The position numbers were made by a program, and so were the translations under genes. 26,463 bases of DNA from positions 1 through 26,463 of the forward strand of contig NW_021834779.1 of NCBI RefSeq assembly GCF_006345805.1, written 5' to 3'. The stretch comes from Octopus sinensis (taxonomy: Eukaryota). Below, one piece after another: positions 11,165 to 20,849 of this stretch. The stretch's first letter is position 1; each line of letters starts with the position of its first letter. The notes beneath the pieces are model-generated. The model saw only the letters and a program-made list of their open reading frames with translations. It was not told the DNA's origin and did not search any database.

Positions 11165-11820
11165 TTAAAAGGTGTAATCCAGATTGAAGTAATTGCATTA
11201 CAATGTCTACTGCAGTTGTGTTGTTAATGGTGGAAGTGATGGCTAGATCTCTCGATCCTCCACTGTCCCAGTCCCTGTATATATACAACATGGCAGACAT
11301 TTTAGATATTATCCTTACCCTGTCTTTCATTAGAAACACAAATAATATAAATGTTATAATGAATATGAAAAGATAATAAGAGAGAGAGAGAGAGAGAGAG
11401 AGACTTACCTGCATTGTTTAATCCTTCACTGTAGTTGTGTGTGATGGATGATGTGTATCCTGCTGTAGTGTTCCACTCCAACTACTGCTGCTGCTGCTGT
11501 AGTGGTATTATAGTGGTACTGCTGCTGTTGTAGTAGTGTTCCTGTGTTACTGCTGCTGCTGCTGCTGTTCCTGTGTAACTGCTGATATAATAGTGTGACA
11601 GTTGCTGTATGTAGTGGGAGGTGAGATGTTAGCCAGATGCTGGTGTGTGCTAGTTACAACTCTATGTCCTCCACACACACACACACACACACAATTGTGT
11701 GTATGATGAACAAAGAAAAAAGCTATCAGCCTCACTTTCAATATTGAAAGAAATATAGAAAATCTCTCTCATCCAATAGGAAATTATTGCAATGTTGTCT
11801 GTGTCACACAAACACATCAA
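11165..11820 (-). promoter_or_regulatory. Conserved unit block, copy 2: candidate promoter plus leader exon of Pcdh A (donor 11409|11408)
   Basis: CCAAT 11773-11777, palindrome 11735-11750, (CA)n, CAG repeats, ATGCAG|GTAAGT. The matching acceptor is TTTTGTAG|CAATTT at 6313|6312. Confidence 0.55.
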
Positions 11821-12462
11821 ATAACAGAAGCCACATGGAAGTAAAGCAGTTTGTAGTGCTAAGAATTTCGTTTGTGTTTAATATTAATAAGCAAAGAAAC
11901 TTCATATTTTCCTTTTATCTTCAAGTTATAAACTATTTGATATTCTAGTCTAGAAATTAATCTTTATAATTATTTAAATTCAAAATTATATTTGACGCTA
12001 ATATTGATTTTAAACTGCTATATAATGGTGGAAAATAATTAATTCTAACTTTTTATCTTTGAATATTTATGAATTTGTCTGATGCTTAACTTACAAATTC
12101 TATAATACAATAAATATACGATTTCCTTAGTTGGTTTTGAAATATAATCATATATTTCAGGTAAATATTATGAAATGAGTTATGAACTACTTCATGTAAA
12201 ATTAGGGTTTTTAGATGAATATGAGAAAAATAAAATCTATAACAGTTGAAACAAACTAAAGAAGTATGGAAATATAGTTTAAAATATTAACATTATTTAA
12301 GTATCAGACATGGAAATTATACACCATAAGGAAGATACTGTTGGCCGTTTATGTGTGCGATGTGTGAAAAAAACATAGAGTTGATATTTTTATAGGAATA
12401 TAAAGTATTGTATAAGATTTGGTGTGAGAGAGAATCATTTAACAATAGTCATGGAACATCTA

Positions 12463-12542
12463 CTATGTTGGCTGTAGATAGGTATCTTGTATTTGTTGTC
12501 CCTTTAGTATTGTGGATGCAACTGGATTGTCATTGGTATATT
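12463..12542 (-). CDS. Pcdh: Protocadherin B, last coding exon
   Basis: Acceptor TTTTACAG|AA, 80 coding nt to TAG, one amino-acid change vs A (VAST vs VAAT). Confidence 0.7.
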
Positions 12543-12706
12543 CTGTAAAATATCAAATATACAAACACAAATTACATTTCAATATAACAACTCCAATATA
12601 TAAAGGTAGAAACATTGATCTTGTATTACACTAAGCATAACATTATATATTGTCCTACAGTAATAAAGGCAATTACATTTATATGTTATGTTTTGATAAA
12701 AGTTAC

Positions 12707-12851
12707 CTGGTTCTGCAGGTATCTCATCATATGGTTTAGTCTTGCCATTACTCTTGCTAGCTTCTCTGTCCTTTTGGGATGTTAAGGTGTCACTGTTGTA
12801 AGACATGATGGAACTGGTACGACGTCCTTGACTATGGATTGAATCACATCT
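12707..12851 (-). CDS. Pcdh: Protocadherin B, cytoplasmic exon (145 nt)
   Basis: Acceptor CTAATCCACAG|AGA, donor CCAG|GTAACT, same peptide as A and C. Confidence 0.8.
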
Positions 12852-13109
12852 CTGTGGATTAGAAAACAAAGCAGGGTGAAACAATATAAAATAAAAGTAG
12901 CAATTGCATCTATATTCTGGAATGTTCCTAGAATGAAAGAACAGATTAAAGCTTTGAATTCAACAAAAATATAATTGAAGATTTTCTTAGTAAATTATAA
13001 TAAACATTGAGGAGAGAATTAACAAATATATTAGTGCAAAGAAATATTTATAATTGCTTCTCCAAAAAGTAAATTTATGAAATGCCTCACCCGGGGCACT
13101 GATATTATA

Positions 13110-13481
13110 GGCGCAGGAGTGGCTGTGTGGTAAGTAGCTTGCTAACCAACCACACGGTTGCGGGTTCAGTCCCACTGCGTGGCATCTTGGGCAAGTGTCT
13201 TCTGCTATAGCCCCGGGCTGACCAATGCCTTGTGAGTGGATTTGGTAGACGGAAACTGAAAGAAGCCTGTCGTATATATGTATATATATGTATATGTGTG
13301 TGTGTTTGTGTGTCTGTGTTTGTCCCCCTAGCATTGCTTGACAACCGATGCTGGTGTGTTTAGGTCCCCGTCACTTAGCGGTTCGGCAAAAAGAGACCGA
13401 TAGAATAAGTACTAAAAGGTGGTGCTCCAGCATGGCCGCAGTCAAATGACTGAAACAAGTAAAAGAGTAAAGAGTAAGAGT
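13110..13481 (+). mobile_element. tRNA-derived SINE of a second family, in the intron of Pcdh B
   Basis: GGCGCAGGAGTGGCTGTGTGGTAAG (A-box-like), GGGTTCAGTCCC (B-box-like), central CTTGGGCAAGTGTCTT, internal TA/TG microsatellite, tail AAACAAGTAAAAGAGTAAAGAG. It is absent from the same intron in A and C. Confidence 0.8.
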
Positions 13482-13613
13482 ATCAATAATCTTTTATAAA
13501 GAAGATATAAGGAATATGATATGACATGTAAATGAAATAAAATATATAAAACATGTTTTCAGAAATATTGATCACAAATATCTAACAAGAAAATTATTTT
13601 AAAATATATTTAC

Positions 13614-16012
13614 CTGAGGCACAGGTGGAAGTCTCCTCTGTGTTGTTGAGAATTTCCACTCATCTGGTGTCTGTTCCATCTCCAGAAAAAACTGACTTTT
13701 AGATTTTATTGTCTGAAGATTTCGGTTAAATATCTCTTCTGCATTTCTCGTTATTGCAACAGGATTGTTAGTCTGATACAGTAATTGTCTCATCTCAGTC
13801 TGAGAGAGAAAGTTGGGATTCTCTGCTGTTGTGGGTGAGTTATTTGTGTGATTAATACATCTGAAAACACACAGTGTTATGGACACTACAATAGCCACAG
13901 ATAGTATTACAGCTGCTGCTACAATGATAATTACCCAAGTCATATTCAGGTCGTGACCAGACTGGAATGGCACAGCAGTCAACATTGGAGATGTATCATT
14001 ACTAACAACAGTGTTAGTATGATAGCAGTTGTTGCTGATTGAACTGGAGTACCACCGTCTTTCACTATAAACTGCAGCTCATATGTTCCTGCATCATTTT
14101 GGTAAACTGTGCGAGAGAAAGATAACACACCAGTGTGTGAGTTCACTGTAAACAGGTTTTTATCATTGGATCTCAGTATTCCATATGTGAGGAAAGCATT
14201 GTTTCCAGTGTCTTTGTCAGATGCTCTCAGAATTGTGATGTCCTTCTTACTGTGTGGATGGTAGTGGACATCGAGATTGTAAGGGTCATTATTAGGAAAC
14301 GTAAAATACGGAGCATTATCATTTTTATCTAGAATCTCAATAACAATATTGGCAGTGTCATTGAGAGAAGGTGTTCCATTATCTTTCACTAAAACCTTGA
14401 ACTTATAGATGTCTTTCATTTCTCGATCTATTGGTTGTGATGTAGAAATGAATCCATATTTTGTCAGTTGGAAAGGAATGTTATCATTGTTGTTATCATT
14501 GATGATAGAATATGTAAGTTGGCCTCCATCTCCAAGATCAGGGTCAGTAGCATTGATGAAGCCAATAGGGAAGTCAACTTTCTGGTTTTCATAGGTGAGG
14601 AATTGGAATGCCTCTTTGGTAAAATGTGGTTCTACATCATTGACATCAGTTACTTTGACAGAGAAATATTTTTTACTTTCTAGTTGAGGTGACCCCATGT
14701 CATGACACACAATAGATACTTTATAGTGGTCCCTTATTTCTCTGTCAAGATGACCCTTAACAATCATTTTATATTCTTTAGAATCTATTTTGGCAAGTTT
14801 AAACTTATCATGTTTTAAATCACAGATAACCTCACCATTAGGTCCATTATCGGTGTCAGTGACCATAACATAAGCTATAAAACTACCAATTTTACTTGCT
14901 TCTGAAACTGCTGCTGAGCTCTCTGATAAAGGAGATACAAAATCTATATTTATCAATGGAGCATTATTCTGGTTATTAATAATGTGAATCTGGACTTTGG
15001 TTACAGAACTTAAATGTGGATTTCCTTCATCCTGTGCTTCAATAAATAATTTATATGATTGCTTTTTACTAAATTGAAAGCTGTCATGTAAAAACAGATC
15101 TCCAGTCTTCTTATTTAATACAAAATATTTCTGGATATTTCGAGAGGTTTTGTGGTTGAAATGGTAAGAAATCTTTCCATTGTCTCCAGAATCTTTATCT
15201 GTGGCCTTTAAAGTAAAAATTGGCAAATGTCTTTGATGTGAATTACTTATAGAGATGTTGTAAAGTTTCTGTGAAAATACAGGTACATTATCATTGACAT
15301 CTGTCACAGATATGTGTACCTTGAGTATAGCTGTTTTGGGAGGGTTTCCTCCATCTTTAGCTTCCAGAGTCAACATATATGAATCTTTGAGTTCCCTGTC
15401 TAATTTGTCTCCTAAAACTAGAGCTGGTATGAAAACACCATCATATCGCTTTTCAACTGAGAGAGAAAATGGTTCTCTTTTACTTTTCTTAATCATATAT
15501 GTTATTTGTGAATTCTGTATTGAAATATCTTGATCAATGGCATTTAAAAGTGAGATTTTAGTACCTTGAAGGTGACTCTCAAGAAATTCAATTTGAACTT
15601 CATTCTTTGGGAATTCTGGTGAGTGGTCATTGATGTCTTCTATTAATATTTTTATCCTTAGAATCTTCATAAAAGTTTCTTCTTTCCTCACTGCTACTTT
15701 GACAATTTTGGAACATTCCTTGTTGTATGTACACAGAGACTCAGCATCCAGTGTTTGAGTAGTGTATAGTTTTCCTGAGTTGGTGACATTAAATAAGTGA
15801 GAACCACTCTCGACTGTCCTTTGTAGTTGTGTAAATGTAATGAGAGTGTGTTGTTGATGTGTGAGAGGGTGTGATAAGTTGGAGTCAACAGCAATGTCTC
15901 CTATATAGGTGTGAGGTCTGCCTTCTTCCTTGACATAGTATGTAATATCTATGGACAGTACAAGGGTGATCAGTAAATGTAGAAGACACAGTAGACCAAT
16001 ATATGCTGTCAT
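13614..16012 (-). CDS. Pcdh: Protocadherin B, large exon, with one 1-nt deletion as assembled just after EC6
   Basis: Same architecture as A and C, 2399 nt vs 2400 expected (B has one extra codon in EC2). AAA>AA at 14007-14008 shifts the frame before the TM. Donor CCTCAG|GTAAAT. Confidence 0.9.
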
Positions 16013-16394
16013 GTCTGGAATTCTTCATCACATTTGAGCAAGAGAAATTGCTATAAAGACAACAAAGATATTTAAATGAAATTAAATTTAAAAAACAATA
16101 ATTTTTCTAAATGTTATTGCTATTTCTTAATAAAGTCCGGTAGACACAACTGAATAATTTAAAATTAGCTTCTGTGATACAGGTTGGAAGCATTAGAAAG
16201 TATAATATTGGTTTATGGAAATCAATTGGTTCATGCTGAAAACATTGGTTCATGCTGATCAAAATACGAACTAAACAAAAGGTTAATAATATTCCTTTTA
16301 TGCCAGGAATACATCTCTTTATAGAGAAGCACCATGTTGATAGTGACAAAGAACAAGATCAAATGTGTAATGCAACTATACTTAAGAGAAGTAC

Positions 16395-16630
16395 TTCATC
16401 ATCACCAACACCATAGTCGTCATTGTTGGTGGCGGCAGTGGACTCATTGTCATCAGCATTATCTAATGTCCATTTTCCATGCTGGCATATATTGGGCAGT
16501 TTGATAAGATCTGAAGAGTGACAGAGCGGCATCGGGCCCTAATATCACATGGTTTCTATGGCTTGATGCCCTTCTTAATGCTAAATTTTTTATAGTGTAT
16601 ACTGGATGCCTTTCCTGATATTGGTACCAG
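16395..16630 (-). mobile_element. Old RTE-like 3' end fragment
   Basis: TTTTCCATGCTGGCAT and GATGCCCTTCTTAATGC resemble the 8618-9165 copies, with a degenerate CAT-repeat tail. Confidence 0.5.
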
Positions 16631-17832
16631 TGACGTTGTTAAGTAACTTAAAAAAACAAAGAAAAAAATAAACCTCCTTAATTGAGTAGGAGTGTAGCAA
16701 AATTTAGAAATTAAACAAGATTAGTATTAAAAACTACTCTGATGAAGCAGTGCTAAGGTACAGAGGAAGGCGAGGGGAACAATTAGGTATGATCCACAGA
16801 TCTATTGTTGCAGTTACACCATGTCTCCATCTAGCTGAGAACCAGACTTTGATATGTGATGTAAAGTGATGGTCTGAGCCAATGCAAGAACTTTTATATG
16901 GTCATTCTGTCTGTGGTAGTAAAAGGCAGCCCAACCTTCAAATCTGATTCTACAGTCTCACAAATAGATGAATATACTTGATAAAGTAATCCTGAATATA
17001 ATAAACCAGAAATGATGACAGAATGTTGACAGCTTGAATAATGCAGACTCTGACAAGGAAATATTAAAACCCTTTAAATTTACATCACAGAGAAAGATTT
17101 TAGTCGTTGGAGATTAATGATATATACAATATGAAAACAACAGCAATTCTACTCTAAGCTGATGGTAGGTCCTAATCAAAAGAGAAGTAAAATATATTGT
17201 GAAATTAATGAACAGTAGTCTCTCGAGATATTTAATTAATGAAGTTTAGGTTTGCAGAGCGAAAGATTAAGGACATGATAACCTAAATGTACTTTATTGT
17301 GTCTTGTTGGTTGGAATTTCTCTCTTTTGTTACCGTATTTCTGTTGGAATACATTGCTTTTGTTTCGATCAATTTCAAAACTACAGCAAAAATTTAGTAA
17401 AATAACTTTGTCAAAATGAATCTGGTGATTGGAACACAAATCAAGATGAAATTTGATGGAAAGCTTTAATTTAAAGCACTTTAAGAAGGAAGTTAATATC
17501 ATAAAACCTGGCACAATTGGAGGCAAGTTGGTATCAGAGAGGGTGAAAGACATTTGATAATAATATACCTGTTTCACAGAAATGTAGGATAAGTGTATCT
17601 AAGAAACCTAATAACCTGGATAGAAGATGTCTTGATTTATTTCACAAATAACTGACAAAGAATAGATTATAAAATTATGTGGAAATATTTTACAAAAATG
17701 GGAATTATAAAATGGTGGAGTGATATGTTTTTGATGGAAAAATATGTATAATTATCTTCACAAAATATGCAGATAACTTTCTTATCAAATTAATTGTAAT
17801 AAAAGTAATTTAATCCCTATTTAATCCATCTC

Positions 17833-17941
17833 TTGTCAGGATTAATATATTTTAACAACAGATGACAATATCATCAATTTATATCTCCTGACAAATATCT
17901 TAAATAACAAATCTACACTAAATAATATTTATCAACATCTT
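17833..17941. other. Conserved non-coding element, copy 3 of 3
   Basis: Aligns with 10535-10643 and 1-62. Confidence 0.65.
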
Positions 17942-18097
17942 TTTTACATAACTTTGGCTTTGTAAATGAACAATCTCATGTGTTTATTTAAATGGTCTAC
18001 AAATGCATACAGCGAGTTTCTTTGCTCTAGAAGTCGGAAAGATACTTGGCAGGAAATGGAAATGAAAACTGAAATTAGGACAATACATAATAATATT

Positions 18098-18172
18098 GAT
18101 GATGATGATGATGATGATAAATATTCTTGATCTATTCTATACAAAAGAATACATAACAGATATTCAAAAGGG

Positions 18173-18216
<44 letters not shown>

Positions 18217-18217
18217 T
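18098..18217. repeat. (GAT)n and (TA)n(CA)n microsatellites
   Basis: Read directly from the sequence. Confidence 0.85.
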
Positions 18218-18434
18218 ACGGATAAGGTGATCTGTTAGAGTTAATTGAAGCTACAGCAAATTAAGATTTAATTAGCGAACTATTACAACAACAAAGATAC
18301 AAGCAACATCGATAGACATTATTAACACCTAGTTTCATTGGGTACAAATCAATGTTTTGTGACTTTAAATGATTATATACTTTACACAAATGTATATAAT
18401 ATATATTGTAGCGATACATATGTGATTCTGAGAT

Positions 18435-18931
18435 TAAAAGATGTAATCCAGTTCAAAGTAATTGTATTACTGCAGTTATTGTTGTTAATGGTGGCAGTGA
18501 TGGCTAGATCTCTCGATCCTCCACTGTCCCAGTCCCTGTATATATACAACATGGCAGACATTTTAGATATTATCCTTACCCTGTCTTTCATTAGAAACAC
18601 AAATAATATAAATGTTATAATGAATATGAAAAGATAATAAAGAGAAGAAAGGGAGAGAGAGAGACTTACCTGCATTGTTTAATCCTTCACTGTAGTTGTG
18701 TGTGATGGATGATGTGTATCCTGCTGTAGTGTTCCACTCCAACTGCTGCTACTGCTGCTGTAGTGGTATTATAGTGGTACTGCTGCTGTTGTAGTAGTGT
18801 TCCTGTGTTACTGCTGCTGCTGCTGCTGTTCCTGTGTAACTGCTGATATAATAGTGTGACAGTTGCTGTATGTAGTGGGAGGTGAGATGTTAGCCAGATG
18901 CTGGTGTGTGCTAGTTACAACTCTATGTCCT

Positions 18932-18964
<33 letters not shown>

Positions 18965-19088
18965 TGTGTGTATGATGAACAAAGAAAAAAGCTATCAGCC
19001 TCACTTTCAATATTGAAAGAAATATAGAAAATCTCTCTCATCCAATAGGAAATTACTGCAATGTGGTCTGTGTCACACAAACACATCA
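18435..19088 (-). promoter_or_regulatory. Conserved unit block, copy 3: candidate promoter plus leader exon of Pcdh B (donor 18670|18669)
   Basis: CCAAT 19042-19046, palindrome 19004-19019, longest (CA)n, ATGCAG|GTAAGT. The acceptor is CTTTATAG|CAATTT at 16051|16050. Confidence 0.55.
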
Positions 19089-19731
19089 AATAAAAGAATT
19101 CATATTACACTGAAGCAGCTTGATAATTTACAGGGGTATAATTAGTAATATGACTTTATTATATATTTAGTCTTAGTAAAAAGGAATTTCTATTAAAAAA
19201 TTTATAATTTTATAATTATATTTCTTAGTATCATGCAAGTTGTGAGATGACAATTCAGTAATTTCTATGAAAAAAATTTGACTAAACTTTCAAGGGAAAA
19301 TAGAGAATGTTTTATCAATGTGAGGGATAAATTACTTCTTGAGTTGATACAATGAGAAAAAGCTAAGAGAAAAGTTGTAAATAAAGGTAAAACAAATGAA
19401 AGTACATTTTAGAATTGGTGTCAAATGAAAACAACATAATTAAACTTCCGAGGATGACTCAGACTAATTTATCTATGCTTAGTGAAATGTCTATACTAAA
19501 ACTGACGGGAAAATAACTATAATAATTAACTATGGTAATGTAGAGTTGGGTGTTTGTAACAATTAATTTACCACAGATGGAAATTAGGGGTCATAAGAGA
19601 TGCCGCTGTAAGGCCCCTTACGTGTGTGATGGATGAAAGAAACATAGAGTTGATATTTTTATATGAATATAAAGTATTGTATAAGATTTGGTGTGAGAGG
19701 GAATCATTTAACAATAGTCATGGAACATCTA

Positions 19732-19811
19732 CTATGTTGGCTGTAGATAGGTATCTTGTATTTGTTGTCCCTTTAGTATTGTGGCTGCCACTGGATTGTC
19801 ATTGGTATATT
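19732..19811 (-). CDS. Pcdh: Protocadherin C, last coding exon
   Basis: Acceptor TTTTGCAG|AA, 80 coding nt to TAG. Confidence 0.7.
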
Positions 19812-19975
19812 CTGCAAAATATCAAATATACAAACACAAATTACATTTCAATATAACAACTCCAATATATAAAGATAGAAACATTGATCTTGTATTACAC
19901 TAAGCATAACATTATATATTGTCCTACAGTAATAAAGGCAATTACATTTATATGTTATGTTTTGATAAAAGTTAC

Positions 19976-20120
19976 CTGGTTCTGCAGGTATCTCATCATA
20001 TGGTTTAGTCTTGCCATTACTCTTGCTAGCTTCTCTGTCCTTTTGGGATGTTAAGGTGTCACTGTTGTAAGACATAATGGAACTGGTGCGACGTTCTTGA
20101 CTATGGATTGAGTCACATCT
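19976..20120 (-). CDS. Pcdh: Protocadherin C, cytoplasmic exon (145 nt)
   Basis: Acceptor CTAATCAACAG|AGA, donor CCAG|GTAACT. Confidence 0.8.
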
Positions 20121-20849
20121 CTGTTGATTAGAAAACAGAGTGAAACATAATGTTAAAAAGAGAAAAACATCTACATTTGCATTCTAGTATATTCCCTGTG
20201 TTATAGAAAAAAGGAACATTTTATTTTTCAAAATAAAAAATATTATAATTAAATATTTTCTTATTTAATTAAAATGCATTAGAGTCAAAAATAAATCATA
20301 ACAAATGTATAGGTTAGATATTAATGCACAAATTTTAAATATATCTATTTGGTTAAGTATAAAATGAAGAAAAAATCATTGAATCTTTCACAAAATAAAT
20401 GCAGTATATTTTTGTAATAAATCACTTAAATGTACAAAATACACGAAATAGAATATAATATGTAACAAATACAAGGTTCGGCTGAACACTTCGTAGGCTC
20501 AACAAGATCCTCACATAGAATGTGACCAAACAAGGTTTATTTTGCAACATAATCACAGAAAAAGGGATCTTGCATTAATACAGAGTTAGATCACTCCTAA
20601 TAAAACAGTCTTTATATTAAGAGTATTGTATTTCTATAATAGGCATTGTGACCGCTTTGCTATCACTAAATAAAGAATAATTAATTCAGAATGTCAAAAT
20701 AAACTATGACATTTGATTATTAAAAACAATACATGTACATTAGAATCTAAAGTTGATATTTTATAGAAATATTTGAACATACATCACTAATGGAAAGAAT
20801 ACTCTTGTATTTAAAATCATAAGGATATCAAAAACAAGATAATATTTAC

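Noticed and set aside
13110-13190. tRNA-like A/B boxes
   Set aside because: These are SINE heads, with no complete cloverleaf or acceptor stem, so they are not tRNA genes.
17236-17577. 113-aa minus-strand ORF with faint resemblance to a Penelope-type reverse transcriptase segment (...FEIDRNKSNVFQQKYG)
   Set aside because: The similarity is too weak to call without an HMM search and no catalytic motif is visible.
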